In this document: piece by piece, positions 9,745-19,930 of the stretch
How positions within the stretch are numbered: position 1 is the stretch's first letter
How the letters are laid out: each line of letters begins with the position of its first letter
From: Bacilli bacterium
GTDB taxonomy: Bacteria > Bacillota_I > Bacilli_A > RF39 > UBA660
Direction of reading: 5' to 3'
Assembly (NCBI GenBank): GCA_017484205.1
Contig: JAFUTO010000032.1
Coordinates: forward strand, 6,067 to 70,066
DNA: 64,000 nt
Notes under the pieces: generated by a model
Databases searched by the model: none
Seen by the model: the letters and a program-made list of their open reading frames with translations, nothing else
Told to the model about the DNA's origin: nothing
Position numbers and translations under genes: made by a program

Positions 9745-10797
9745 CTATTCTAATATATCTTTATGTACTTCTATAACCGGGCGAACACCGATTGCATAAT
9801 CATGCGATGGAGCTCGATTATACTTTATACTTCCAACACCATTCGAAGCAACTTCAATAGTTCTTACACAATTATTTGTTGTTGTTGCCAAAGCATCGGC
9901 TGTCCAATACCCATTAATATTGTTTGTAAAAGTACTTTTATATTTATTATATAGATTATCATCATTAGCATATTTTATGTTAATATAGAAATTAGGATTA
10001 TTTAATGTATAATCTGATCGAGTATTAGGTACATTAAAATCTTTTAATGTTGCCAATCTAGCTTTATAACCACCATCTTCATAAGGAATTGTATATGATG
10101 TTCCATCATCAAATGTAAATGTATAATTATTTGGAATAATAGTATTATTCCACTCGCTTGTATCATCTAATAATGCCTCTAAAACTTGAGTTGGTCCTAA
10201 TGATGTGTCAAGGCCACTTCTCCACATAACAAGTGGTGTTGTATTATGATCTAATATCATTGTTACAGTTTGACTTGTCGCTGGACTATCAGATAAAACA
10301 AAAAATCTCATACAGCCTTCTTTTATGCCTGTAGGTGTACCATTATCATTTATATTTTTATCCGCCAGTTTCTTTGTACATTTAAAACCAGTTGTTACAT
10401 TAAAATATACTTCTTGTCCAGATGTATAAACAGTATACTCTGGATCAGAATATGTTAAACCACTAATGATAGTCTTACATGATTCTTCTTTATATGCAGG
10501 TGTTCCATCTACAACATAAACACACCCTTTAAGTTCCGTATTATCTATAGGATTAATTAGCACACCTAAATATCCAGCATCTTGTAATGCTGTTACTGAT
10601 ATTTGTTTTAATACACCACCATTATTACTAGCATATGTCTGAGCAGCTAAAACAATATCATTCACCATACTATTATATGAATCTCTATTATTATTTTTTA
10701 TTGAATTAGTAATAGCTGGGACTGCAATTAAACCAAGAATGGTAATAACTACTATAATTGCTAATACTTCAGTTAATGTAAAACCCTTCTTACTCAT
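9745..10797 (-). CDS. prepilin-type N-terminal domain protein (pilin-like, 350 aa), paralog of 1544..2548
   Basis: MSKKGFTLTEVLAIIVVITILGLIAVP N-terminus. Shares central MILDHNTT and C-terminal GVRPVIEV blocks with 1544..2548. Confidence 0.7.
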   Translation of the reverse strand: MSKKGFTLTEVLAIIVVITILGLIAVPAITNSIKNNNRDSYNSMVNDIVLAAQTYASNNGGVLKQISVTALQDAGYLGVLINPIDNTELKGCVYVVDGTPAYKEESCKTIISGLTYSDPEYTVYTSGQEVYFNVTTGFKCTKKLADKNINDNGTPTGIKEGCMRFFVLSDSPATSQTVTMILDHNTTPLVMWRSGLDTSLGPTQVLEALLDDTSEWNNTIIPNNYTFTFDDGTSYTIPYEDGGYKARLATLKDFNVPNTRSDYTLNNPNFYINIKYANDDNLYNKYKSTFTNNINGYWTADALATTTNNCVRTIEVASNGVGSIKYNRAPSHDYAIGVRPVIEVHKDILE

Positions 10798-10855
10798 ACT
10801 ATCACCTATATTAATTATAAATCAAATATTGAATTTACACAAGAAAAAAGTAGTT

Positions 10856-12538
10856 TTACCTACTTTTGCTTTTTGAATATGTATTATCATATGGATTATA
10901 ATTGATGTTTGTATAATTAATATGTGGATTTCTATATAATCTATATCTTTCCATTCTTTCTTCTTTTTTCTTTTTAATAGCAACTGCTACTCCAATTCCA
11001 GATAAAATACCTATTAAAGCTGCTCCTCCAATAATAAACTTTTTATTATTAAGAATAATTTCATATTTCTTTTTAGAAATATCTTGCTTTATATGTTTAG
11101 TAGGTTCTATTTCATCTGGTATTTCTCTAATCACTAAACCTTCAGGCATATATCTAGGTTTATGAGATTCCTTGCTACTATCAACTATTTCAGTTGGATC
11201 TTCTAAATACCACGATAATTTATCGATTTCTTCTTGATTACCCTCTTGAAATAAGTATTCTATTGGTTGTACCTTAAATGAATAAGTTTTCATTGTTACC
11301 TTACCATTTTCATCTAACATGGTAGCTTCCTTATCAGGAATATATGTATCCTTACCATCTATCCAAGTTGGATCTACATAGTAATAATAATCTCCTATTC
11401 TAATAGCATTCCATGCATGATTATTAGATAACATTAAATATGTATCTAGTCCTAATGAATGTGATAAAGCTGTAGTGACTGCTGCATAGTTACCACATAT
11501 CTGAGTATCACTCTCAAAAGCTCCCATCATCTCGCCTTTTTCATAAAACTTGCTATGATCTATTTTATCTCGTTCATTATTTGCGAGTAATTCAGATACT
11601 TCTTCATCATATGTATAGTTTTCTAATACATATTCTAAAATAGCATTTAATTTTTCCTGTTCTTTAGCATCATCACTTAAATTTAAGCTTTTTACTATTT
11701 CATCAATTTCATTATTTACCATTCTTAAAGTTGACATATCATCAGTTCTAATATCTACATTTGCATCTTCCAATTTATTTAAATCTTTATTATTGAAATA
11801 CATTGCAATATCATAAGGTTTCCCATTCAATGACAATGATTTTAAATGGGTTAGATCTTTATAATGTAAGTTTGATATTACACTTATACCTAAATCTAAA
11901 TTATCTATATTTTTTAGACTTTCTAAATATGTAGAATCTATATTCATTGCTTTTTCTTTGCTACCTATAGTTAATGTCTCTATATGTGGTATATCTTTTA
12001 AAAATGGATATCTAGACTCACTAAAAGTAATATCTTCACTAAAAGATTTAATATTTATACTCATACTCTTCTTAAATCTTGAACCATCTATATTATTAAA
12101 TTTGTATGTTTTAGATTCATCTGTTATAATCAACGTTTCTAGATTAGGCATATAATTTAAAAAATCATAATTATCATCATCTTTAACTAATAAAACAAAA
12201 CCTGTTATATGTTCTAAATCTTCATATGTATATGTATTATTATTTATAACTCTTTCATCATCAGATGTTACTGCATATATATTATCAATTTTTATTGTTT
12301 CATCTTTACTATATTTTGGAATATTATATACTATTTTTTCATTTTCTTCTTGATGTTCTAGAGAAATTTCTTCTTTTGGCTCTTGTATATCTTTTCTATC
12401 AATATGACAACCTGATAGTGTCAATACCATTAAAGATATTCCACCGGCTGATATTATTTTTCTCTTAACGCCATTTAATGTTAAACTAGTTAAATCTATT
12501 TTTTTATGTTTATCATTTACCTTTATCATAATCTTCAC
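10856..12538 (-). CDS. lipoprotein with leucine-rich-repeat-like region, transglutaminase-like Cys-His-Asp domain and C-terminal TM anchor
   Basis: Signal/lipobox ...LTLSGC. QICGNYAAV...NHAWNAI...VDPTW matches the transglutaminase-like cysteine protease core. C-terminal TM IIGGAALIGILSGIGVAVAI followed by a basic tail. Confidence 0.5.
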   Translation of the reverse strand: MKIMIKVNDKHKKIDLTSLTLNGVKRKIISAGGISLMVLTLSGCHIDRKDIQEPKEEISLEHQEENEKIVYNIPKYSKDETIKIDNIYAVTSDDERVINNNTYTYEDLEHITGFVLLVKDDDNYDFLNYMPNLETLIITDESKTYKFNNIDGSRFKKSMSINIKSFSEDITFSESRYPFLKDIPHIETLTIGSKEKAMNIDSTYLESLKNIDNLDLGISVISNLHYKDLTHLKSLSLNGKPYDIAMYFNNKDLNKLEDANVDIRTDDMSTLRMVNNEIDEIVKSLNLSDDAKEQEKLNAILEYVLENYTYDEEVSELLANNERDKIDHSKFYEKGEMMGAFESDTQICGNYAAVTTALSHSLGLDTYLMLSNNHAWNAIRIGDYYYYVDPTWIDGKDTYIPDKEATMLDENGKVTMKTYSFKVQPIEYLFQEGNQEEIDKLSWYLEDPTEIVDSSKESHKPRYMPEGLVIREIPDEIEPTKHIKQDISKKKYEIILNNKKFIIGGAALIGILSGIGVAVAIKKKKEERMERYRLYRNPHINYTNINYNPYDNTYSKSKSR

Positions 12539-12764
12539 CTATTAAGTCTTTTAAAATGGCATTAGATAATTCTAGTTCTAATTCATCTAAATTAGTATCC
12601 AATGAAGTTATATTATTACCCTTAAATTTACCTACATAATATTCCTTTTTATCTAATGGTTTATATATGATATACCTATATGCTTTATTAGATAAATCAA
12701 ATATGCTTACTACTTCCATCTTTTCTTTTTCATTTTTTTCGTTTAAAACATATATAGTATCCAT
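12513..12764 (-). CDS. DUF1292 (YrzB-like) family small protein
   Basis: Pattern IYVLNE..E...EVVSIFD.....YIIY resembles the DUF1292 protein at 48193..48501. Confidence 0.4.
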   Translation of the reverse strand: MDTIYVLNEKNEKEKMEVVSIFDLSNKAYRYIIYKPLDKKEYYVGKFKGNNITSLDTNLDELELELSNAILKDLIGEDYDKGK

Positions 12765-12804
12765 ACTCTCACCTATTATAAGTATATCATATTTTACATA
12801 TTAA

Positions 12805-14127
12805 TTAAAGTTTCATAATCCTATTTATGTTATCTATTAATGTATCTTTCATTAATTTGTCTTCCAATAGATTAATAGAAAATGTTTTACTTCCCGCATG
12901 ATTAATAGATGTACCTGAGTGATATATTACACTTTTATCTAAAACAAAATATCTATCATGAAATGTGTTATCATATATTACTTTTAAATTATGATATTGT
13001 TCGTTATATTTATCTGTATCATCTTTAGTTAATTTAGTATTTTGTTTTGTTATCAATATAATATCACATTTTATATTCCTTATTATATTTAATAAACTTA
13101 TATCAGTATACCCATCTATAATTATTAATTCCTTTTTAGCCTGTTTAAATATTTTTAATATATCACTATATGCATCATATATTTGACCTTTAAAATACAT
13201 TAATTCTTTAGGTTTAAAGTATGAAAAAACTTCATCGAATTTATCATCATGGTCTTTTAGTTTATTATTTATCCTAGTTATAGATTTATATATATCCCCA
13301 TTTTGAATCAAATAATGTTTCATCACAACAAAAGCACGCATAATATCTATACTTACCTGAGTAGCTACTGATGTCCTTAAAACAGCACTTAACATAGCTA
13401 CTCCCTGTTCTGTAAAGGCATATGGGAGATATTTTATATGTTTTCCTCTACCATTGCCACTTTCGTTTAAGGTTTCAACTTGAAACCTTAAAGATAGTGG
13501 AATCTCTTCTTCAGTCAACTGAAAATAGAAGTCTTCAGGAAATCTTTCTATATGTCTCTTTACTGCTAAATTTATCGTTTTTGTTCCATTTTTACACTGA
13601 TATAAATAAGCTAAATCACTATCTAATATAACTTGTTTTCCTCTAATTTTATATATCATGTTTTCGATGTTTTGCCCTTTAATTATAAGGTTATCTTTAT
13701 TCTCTAGTTTATCAAATTCGTATAATAGTTCTTTAGCTACTTCTTTTACTCTATCGCTTCTCATAATACTACTTAATATAGATATTCCTTCACGAGTTAA
13801 TGCCCTATGTGGATACTTTAAATTTCGTCCACGGCCAGAGTTGTTCAAGGTCGCAGATTGCGACCTCAAAGTCGTATTCAAGGTGACATTTTGGCACCTT
13901 GAAAGTGTTTCATATTCATCAAATAAAAGTTCAAAGCAATTATTATTCAGAAATTTGCCATAATTTCTTTTCACAATTCTATTTAAATATTTTGTCTCTA
14001 CTCCAAATAACTTAGCTAAATCACTATCTAATATTACATATTTACCTCTAACTTCATATATCATACTACTTATGTTTTCTTTAACTACTATGTCATTCAT
14101 GTTATCATCCTCTCTAAATAAGCACAA
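12805..14127 (-). CDS. tandem ORF6N-domain protein (antirepressor-like DNA-binding N-terminal repeats) with uncharacterised C-terminal domain
   Basis: Two repeats: IYEVRGKYVILDSDLAKLFGVETKYLNRIVKRN... and IYKIRGKQVILDSDLAYLYQC...AVKRHIERFPEDFYFQLTEEE. These are typical ORF6N/KilA-N-like motifs. Confidence 0.55.
   Translation of the reverse strand: MCLFREDDNMNDIVVKENISSMIYEVRGKYVILDSDLAKLFGVETKYLNRIVKRNYGKFLNNNCFELLFDEYETLSRCQNVTLNTTLRSQSATLNNSGRGRNLKYPHRALTREGISILSSIMRSDRVKEVAKELLYEFDKLENKDNLIIKGQNIENMIYKIRGKQVILDSDLAYLYQCKNGTKTINLAVKRHIERFPEDFYFQLTEEEIPLSLRFQVETLNESGNGRGKHIKYLPYAFTEQGVAMLSAVLRTSVATQVSIDIMRAFVVMKHYLIQNGDIYKSITRINNKLKDHDDKFDEVFSYFKPKELMYFKGQIYDAYSDILKIFKQAKKELIIIDGYTDISLLNIIRNIKCDIILITKQNTKLTKDDTDKYNEQYHNLKVIYDNTFHDRYFVLDKSVIYHSGTSINHAGSKTFSINLLEDKLMKDTLIDNINRIMKL
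13840..13905. other. GC-rich pair of perfect hairpins inside the ORF6N CDS (in-frame 33-nt insertion-like segment)
   Basis: GGTCGCAGATTGCGACC palindrome (13849-13865) and TCAAGGTG-acattttgg-CACCTTGA (13878-13902). Segment flanked by an ACCTTGAA(T/C) direct repeat. Encodes the extra TTLRSQSATLN residues absent from repeat 2. Confidence 0.5.
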
Positions 14128-14172
14128 AATTCGACATCATATATAAATAAAAAAGGTAGTATAAATACTACC

Positions 14173-15180
14173 CTATTTTATAAATTCACCTAATTTTTTA
14201 GCAGTTCTAACCATTTGATGGCTATAACCCATTTCATTATCATACCAAGCTACTACTTTAACAAGTTCACCATCTGCATCTAAAACATCAGTTAATAATA
14301 AATCCACTAAAGCACCTACATTACTACCAATTATATCACTTGATACGATTGGATCATTAGTTACTTTAACACTTTCATTTTGATTTTTGATAAATGCTTG
14401 ATTTACATCTTCTTTTGTAACTTTCTTTTTAAGCTCTAATGTTAAATCAATCATAGAACCTGTAACAGTTGGAACTCTCAAAGCATTACCTTTAAATCTT
14501 CCATCTAGGCTAGGTATAACTTTACCTATAGCTGTAGCAGCTCCTGTAGAAGTTGGAACAATATTAGCAGCTGCTGCTCTACCACGTCTAGACATATATC
14601 CTTTCTTATGATTTAAATCTAATAATGTTTGATCATTTGTATAAGCATGTACTGTTGTCATATACCCTTTATTAATACCAAATTCTTTTTCAATTATACT
14701 AAGTACTGGAGCAAGACAATTAGTTGTACATGAAGCAGCAGATATAATCTCTTCACTACCATCTAATGTATCTTCATTTACATTATATACAATAGTTTTA
14801 ACATCACCTTTAGCAGGTGCAGATATTATTACTTTTTTAGCGCCTGCTTTAATATGTGCAGAGGCACTTTCCTTATCAGTAAATCTACCAGTACATTCAA
14901 ATACTTCATCAATACCTAATTCTTTCCAAGGTAAGTTTTCAGGATTAGTTTCTGCATATACTCTAATTCTTCTACCACCTACAATTAGATATTCACCTTC
15001 TGATGATATTTCATCTACTCTATAGTTACCTTGAGCAGTATCATATTTAAGTAAATAAGCTAAGTCATCTGCGTTTGTTAAATCGTTAATGGCAACTACT
15101 TCAAATGCACTATCCTCTTCCATAATTCTAAATACTAATCTTCCAATTCTTCCAAATCCATTAATTGCAACTTTTATCAT
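14173..15180 (-). CDS. gap: glyceraldehyde-3-phosphate dehydrogenase
   Basis: MIKVAINGFGRIGR N-terminus, SCTTNCLAP active-site region. Confidence 0.95.
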   Translation of the reverse strand: MIKVAINGFGRIGRLVFRIMEEDSAFEVVAINDLTNADDLAYLLKYDTAQGNYRVDEISSEGEYLIVGGRRIRVYAETNPENLPWKELGIDEVFECTGRFTDKESASAHIKAGAKKVIISAPAKGDVKTIVYNVNEDTLDGSEEIISAASCTTNCLAPVLSIIEKEFGINKGYMTTVHAYTNDQTLLDLNHKKGYMSRRGRAAAANIVPTSTGAATAIGKVIPSLDGRFKGNALRVPTVTGSMIDLTLELKKKVTKEDVNQAFIKNQNESVKVTNDPIVSSDIIGSNVGALVDLLLTDVLDADGELVKVVAWYDNEMGYSHQMVRTAKKLGEFIK

Positions 15181-15191
15181 TTCAAATCCTC

Positions 15192-16859
15192 CTATATATC
15201 ATAAAATCCACTACCACCAATAAATTCTCTTAAGACTGAATCTTGTGGTACATAATCACTTGGAATAGGCAAAATATTTCTTAAAACATTAATAAGTCTT
15301 ATAGCTTCACCATACATCTCATCATCTTCTGATACTGAATAAAGTAATGGTTCAACATAAATTTTTAATACAGCAAGTTCATATATTAAAGCTGAATTAA
15401 TAACTCCATCCGCATCATTTTGATATGGATAAATCCATTTAAATTCACCTTTTCTTATATTACTCCACATACGTAGGGTATCAGCTGCATTTCTACCTCT
15501 TGTCCTATTATCCCTAACTATTCTTCTAAGTCTTCTAGTATCACTAGTATGTATTCTATTATGATAGTCTATATTAAGTTGAGTAAATGGTGCGATAAAT
15601 ATTTTAAATTTATTTTTTCTATCTACTGAAGATGTTAACTCTTCATTTAAAGAATGTAAACCTTCAATAACTAAAATATCATTTTCTTCTAACTTAACAT
15701 AATTTTTCTTATACTCTTTTTTACCTTCTATAAAGTTATATTCAGGTAATAATACTTTTTCTCCTTTTAGAAGTTTAGACAAATGACTATTAAATAGTTT
15801 TAAATCAATCGCATAGATACTTTCAAAATCAAATTCACCATTTTCATCAACAGGTGTCTCAGATCTATCTAGAAAGTAATCATCTGTAGATAATGTTATA
15901 GTATGAAATCCCTTAGTTTCTAGATATAATGATAGTTTTTTAGCTGATGTTGTTTTTCCTGATGATGAAGGTCCTGCAAGCAAAACTACCTTTATACTAT
16001 CTTTTCTTTTATAGATTTCATCTGCCAAACTCATTAGTTCATTTTCATAATTTAATTCTGCCATTCTAATTGCATATTTAGTATTCCCATTTGAAACAAT
16101 TTCATTCAAATCGGCTGCATTATTGATATTAATTTTTTTACCAAATTCCTCTGAAGAAGTAAATGTATTCATTATTTTTGGAATATTTTTAAATGGTAAT
16201 ACTTCATCTGGATGTTCAATACTTGGTGTTGATATAACGAAAGTATTATTTTTGATATAAGTTAATTTATATGTATCAATATCTTTACTTGAATAAGCTA
16301 ATTTACTAAAGAAATAATCGTAATAATCATCTAATCTATATAATGTTATATAACTATTACTTGTATATTTAAGTAATTTTACCTTATCCATAGTTTTTAT
16401 TTTTTTATAATACTTCATTGCATCAGTTCTTCTAACATTTAATGGTGTGAAAATTAAATCTTCTTTTACTATTTCATCCATTTCTGCTTTGATTTTAGCA
16501 ACTGCTTCTCTATCAAGTTCATAGTTTAGAATTTCACAGTATACACCATTATCAATTGAATTACTAATATCTACATCTACATTCGCACCTAAGACTCTTT
16601 TAATTGCAAGTATCATTATCATATAGGCTGAATTAGAATATACATCATTACCTTGATAAGATGATCTATCATAAAAATCAATATCACACTTTTTTGTAAG
16701 TTCATAATCTAGACCAACAATATCATTGTCGACTTTCGCAAGCATAATTGGATAATTAAAATATTTTTGACACATTTTAGCTATTTCAATTACCCTAGTA
16801 TTTTCCTCAACTTCTAATGTCACTAGATTTCTAAAACTAACTTTTATCATTTTTGCCAT
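15192..16859 (-). CDS. uridine/nucleoside kinase family P-loop protein fused to a ThrRS-like N-terminal (TGS-type) domain
   Basis: Walker A LLAGPSSSGKTT in the C-terminal half (PRK/uridine-kinase fold). Roughly 250 aa N-terminal extension. Confidence 0.55.
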   Translation of the reverse strand: MAKMIKVSFRNLVTLEVEENTRVIEIAKMCQKYFNYPIMLAKVDNDIVGLDYELTKKCDIDFYDRSSYQGNDVYSNSAYMIMILAIKRVLGANVDVDISNSIDNGVYCEILNYELDREAVAKIKAEMDEIVKEDLIFTPLNVRRTDAMKYYKKIKTMDKVKLLKYTSNSYITLYRLDDYYDYFFSKLAYSSKDIDTYKLTYIKNNTFVISTPSIEHPDEVLPFKNIPKIMNTFTSSEEFGKKININNAADLNEIVSNGNTKYAIRMAELNYENELMSLADEIYKRKDSIKVVLLAGPSSSGKTTSAKKLSLYLETKGFHTITLSTDDYFLDRSETPVDENGEFDFESIYAIDLKLFNSHLSKLLKGEKVLLPEYNFIEGKKEYKKNYVKLEENDILVIEGLHSLNEELTSSVDRKNKFKIFIAPFTQLNIDYHNRIHTSDTRRLRRIVRDNRTRGRNAADTLRMWSNIRKGEFKWIYPYQNDADGVINSALIYELAVLKIYVEPLLYSVSEDDEMYGEAIRLINVLRNILPIPSDYVPQDSVLREFIGGSGFYDI

Positions 16860-16971
16860 ACATAATCCCTCATATTCTATATAATTATTTTACCAAAAAA
16901 ACTATCTTTTGTCACATATTTTAATACATATTATTGATGATAATGTATATTATATATATTAGGAGGCAAAT

Positions 16972-17550
16972 ATGATTCCAACTGTCATTGAAAAAAGCAG
17001 TAATGGTGAACGTGTTTATGATATATATTCAAGACTTTTAAAAGATAGAATTATTATAGTTAGTGGTGAGATAAATGATGAAAAAGCAAATAGTATTGTA
17101 GCTATGCTTTTATATTTAGATTCACTTAATAATGATGATATTTCTATGTATATTAATTCCCCAGGTGGTGTTATTACATCTGGTATGGCTATATATGATA
17201 CAATGAATTTTATCAAAAGTGATGTATCAACTATATGTATAGGTATGGCAGCTTCTATGGCAGCAGTACTATTATCCAGTGGTAAAAAAGGTAAAAGATA
17301 TATCTTACCTAATGGAGAGGTCATGATACATCAGCCTTTAGGTGGTGCTGAAGGTCAAGCAACTGAAATTAAAATAGCCGCGGAAAGGATATTAAAATTA
17401 AAAGATAAGTTAAATAAAATTTTATCTAAAAATACAGGAAAAAATTTAAAAGTTATTGAAGAAGATACTGAAAGAGATTATTTCCTATCTTCTAAAGAAG
17501 CTTTAGAATATGGTATTGTAGATGAAATATTAAAAGAAAACAAAGGATAA
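16972..17550 (+). CDS. clpP: ATP-dependent Clp protease proteolytic subunit
   Basis: Full-length ClpP with the Ser-His-Asp core: [14 protein letters not shown]. Confidence 0.95.
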   Translation: MIPTVIEKSSNGERVYDIYSRLLKDRIIIVSGEINDEKANSIVAMLLYLDSLNNDDISMYINSPGGVITSGMAIYDTMNFIKSDVSTICIGMAASMAAVLLSSGKKGKRYILPNGEVMIHQPLGGAEGQATEIKIAAERILKLKDKLNKILSKNTGKNLKVIEEDTERDYFLSSKEALEYGIVDEILKENKG

Positions 17551-17603
17551 TCCTTTGTTTTTATAGTTTAAACTCAAAATAGTTTAGAATTAATACAAGT
17601 CTA

Positions 17604-17632
17604 TTTACACGAACACTTTTTCGTGTTATAAT
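17604..17632 (+). promoter_or_regulatory. sigma-A type promoter TTTACA-N17-TATAAT (spacer forms a 7-bp hairpin) for the small-peptide mRNA
   Basis: ctatTTTACAcgaacactttttcgtgtTATAATttta. Spacer ACACGAA/TTCGTGT hairpin can also terminate clpP. Confidence 0.45.
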
Positions 17633-17715
17633 TTTATAGGAGAGAAAACTTGGGTACTTGCTCTTACCAATTCAGTTTAGGTTACCTCCTAGACTATGGG
17701 AAGGAGCTCGATATT

Positions 17716-17790
17716 ATGAAGAGAGAAAATTACTTTCTAAAATTAATCATCGTTATACTATTAGCAATAGTAATATTGCTAGTAATATAG
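17716..17790 (+). CDS. 24-aa hydrophobic peptide MKRENYFLKLIIVILLAIVILLVI (candidate type I toxin)
   Basis: Strong SD GGGAAGGAG 9 nt upstream of the ATG. Single TM helix. 5' UTR contains CCUCC anti-SD-like sequence. 11-bp 5'/3' long-range complementarity (17651-17661 with 17840-17850). Confidence 0.4.
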   Translation: MKRENYFLKLIIVILLAIVILLVI

Positions 17791-17899
17791 AAATAGTGCC
17801 TACTCTAACGTCATAGAATAGGCACAAACCAACTTATTGGCAAGTACCCATCTACGAAGTGAGTACCTCCATTTTTTATTTTATGAAATTTCTTTCACT
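17785..17899 (-). ncRNA. candidate cis-antisense sRNA (antitoxin-like) convergent with the peptide mRNA 3' region
   Basis: Own promoter (next feature). Terminator hairpin GTGCCT...AGGCAC (17796-17825) followed by UAUUUCUAUAUU on the minus strand. Conserved in a second copy at 32452-32559. Confidence 0.4.
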
Positions 17900-17905
17900 A
17901 AATAC

Positions 17906-17934
17906 ATTATATATTATTTTCTCATTATAGTCAA
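17906..17934 (-). promoter_or_regulatory. perfect sigma-A promoter TTGACT-N17-TATAAT on minus strand
   Basis: Minus strand reads tagtcaTTGACTataatgagaaaataataTATAATgtat. -35 at 17929-17934, -10 at 17906-17911. Confidence 0.55.
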
Positions 17935-17937
17935 TGA

Positions 17938-19317
17938 CTACAATTTTATTCTTTCTTCAATATAATCTACTAATTCATCAAGTTTAATTTTAACTTGTTC
18001 CATAGTATCTCTATCCCTTACAGTAACCATATCATCATTTAATGTATCTTCATCAATAGTTACACAGAAAGGTGTACCAATAGCATCTTCTCTTCTATAT
18101 CTTTTACCAATAGAAGCTGTTTCATCATATGTAGTCATAAAATGTTTAGATAACATATTATAAACTTCTAATGCTTTTTCACTATGATATTTTTTAACTA
18201 AAGGCAATACTGCTGCTTTATAAGGAGCAAGATAAGGTTTTACCTTTAATACTATTCTCTCATCATTTTCTAATTTTTCTTTTTTATAACCTTCTGTTAA
18301 TATAGCTAAGAAAAGTCTATCTACACCTACTGATGGTTCGATAACATATGGTAAGTATTTTTCATTAGTATCTGGATCTAAATATCTTAAATCTTGCTTA
18401 GAATGATTCATATGAACTGATAAATCATAATCTGTACGATCTGCTATACCCCAAAGTTCTCCCCATCCCATAGGGAACATATACTCAATATCAGTCGTAG
18501 CTTTACTATAGAAAGATAATTCTTCTTTAGAATGATCTCTATATCTTAAATTTTCTTTAGTTAATCCTATTGTTTCCAAGAAATCTAAACAATATTTTTT
18601 ATAATAAGCAAACCATTCTAAATCTGTATCAGGTTTACAGAAAAACTCTAATTCCATTTGTTCAAACTCACGAGTTCTAAAAATAAAATTACCTGGAGTT
18701 ATTTCGTTTCTAAAACTTTTACCAATTTGTCCTATACCAAATGGTACTTTAGCACGCATAGCTCTTTGTACATTATTAAAGTTAACGAATATACCTTGAG
18801 CTGTTTCACCACGAAGATATACTTTACTTTTAGTATCTTCAGTCACACCTTGATGTGTTTCAAATAATAAATTAAATTTTCTTATTGGGGTGAAATCACA
18901 AGCGCCACATTTTGGACATGGTATTTTATTGTCTTTAATGTAGTTTTCTAGTTTTTCATTATCCCAACCATCGCCTGTTTCAGCTCCTTTAGTAAAGTCT
19001 TCAATTAATTTATCTGCTCTTTCTCTTGATTTACATTTCTTACAGTCGATTAATGGATCAGCAAATGAAGCAACATGTCCTGACGCTACCCAAACTTCAG
19101 GATTCATAAGTATTGCAGAATCTAATCCATAATTATGAATTTCTTCTTGAATAAATTTTTGCCACCAAGCATTTTTTATATTATTTTTAAGTTCTCTACC
19201 TATAGGACCATAATCCCACGTATTAGATAATCCTCCATATATTTCACTACCTTGAAATATAAAACCATATTGTTTACTAAAGTTAACTAATTCCTCCATA
19301 TCAAATTCTTTTTTCAT
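17938..19317 (-). CDS. glyQS: glycyl-tRNA synthetase (dimeric GlyQS type)
   Basis: N-terminal ...[22 protein letters not shown]... and class II aaRS motifs. Confidence 0.9.
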   Translation of the reverse strand: MKKEFDMEELVNFSKQYGFIFQGSEIYGGLSNTWDYGPIGRELKNNIKNAWWQKFIQEEIHNYGLDSAILMNPEVWVASGHVASFADPLIDCKKCKSRERADKLIEDFTKGAETGDGWDNEKLENYIKDNKIPCPKCGACDFTPIRKFNLLFETHQGVTEDTKSKVYLRGETAQGIFVNFNNVQRAMRAKVPFGIGQIGKSFRNEITPGNFIFRTREFEQMELEFFCKPDTDLEWFAYYKKYCLDFLETIGLTKENLRYRDHSKEELSFYSKATTDIEYMFPMGWGELWGIADRTDYDLSVHMNHSKQDLRYLDPDTNEKYLPYVIEPSVGVDRLFLAILTEGYKKEKLENDERIVLKVKPYLAPYKAAVLPLVKKYHSEKALEVYNMLSKHFMTTYDETASIGKRYRREDAIGTPFCVTIDEDTLNDDMVTVRDRDTMEQVKIKLDELVDYIEERIKL

Positions 19318-19930
19318 AATTTTCCACCTTTCTATCTATTATACTTTCAATAGGTTCTCCTACACCTACTAATGTTAATCCATTCTTTCCATATATAGAA
19401 CTTTTAACATTAATTCCAGTTAATCCATATGTTTTAATAAACATATCAATTAAAGATTTCATATTATCTAAATCACCTAAGTTTAAATTACCACTAATGT
19501 CTTGATGTACTTCATATGATAATGTAGCGTCTTCCTTAACTAATCTACTCATAGAATTATTTTCATTATATGGTAGTATAGTAAGATAAACGTTATTAAT
19601 ATCACCACTTAATATCATATTTCTTGCATATATAAACATATCAGATAATCTTTTACTATTTAATGATCTTATGATATCACTATTTTTCTTAATCGCATTA
19701 TCAGCAAAAGATATAGACGCATTAGTAGTATCATATCTAACAATGTCATCATATCTTCTTCCATTAATACTTACATTATGCCTAATTGTTTTAGATATCA
19801 TAAGTGAGTCAATATGTGAATGAAGCATACTTTTTAAATTTTGCTTATCCTTATATAGTTTTATACTACCATCTGTGATATTACTAACAATAATATCATC
19901 TTCAAAATCCACTAATAAATCAATCTTCAT
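19301..19930 (-). CDS. hypothetical protein (209 aa) encoded between a T-box-like leader and glyQS, overlapping the glyQS start by 17 nt
   Basis: ORF with ATG and RBS-like AGGGGG. No recognisable domain. Confidence 0.4.
   Translation of the reverse strand: MKIDLLVDFEDDIIVSNITDGSIKLYKDKQNLKSMLHSHIDSLMISKTIRHNVSINGRRYDDIVRYDTTNASISFADNAIKKNSDIIRSLNSKRLSDMFIYARNMILSGDINNVYLTILPYNENNSMSRLVKEDATLSYEVHQDISGNLNLGDLDNMKSLIDMFIKTYGLTGINVKSSIYGKNGLTLVGVGEPIESIIDRKVENYEKRI

Noticed and set aside
16860-16971. CtsR operator (GGTCAAA direct repeat) upstream of clpP
   Set aside because: Only TTTGTCACAT is present, with no tandem heptad. Not supportable.
17555-17937. Considered tmRNA, RNase P RNA, 6S RNA or SRP RNA in the 388-bp clpP-glyQS gap
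   Set aside because: None of the hallmark sequences are present (tRNA-like GGUUCGA..CCACCA end, P4 AGGAAAGUCC, SRP GGAA tetraloop domain). The small-ORF plus antisense-sRNA explanation fits better.
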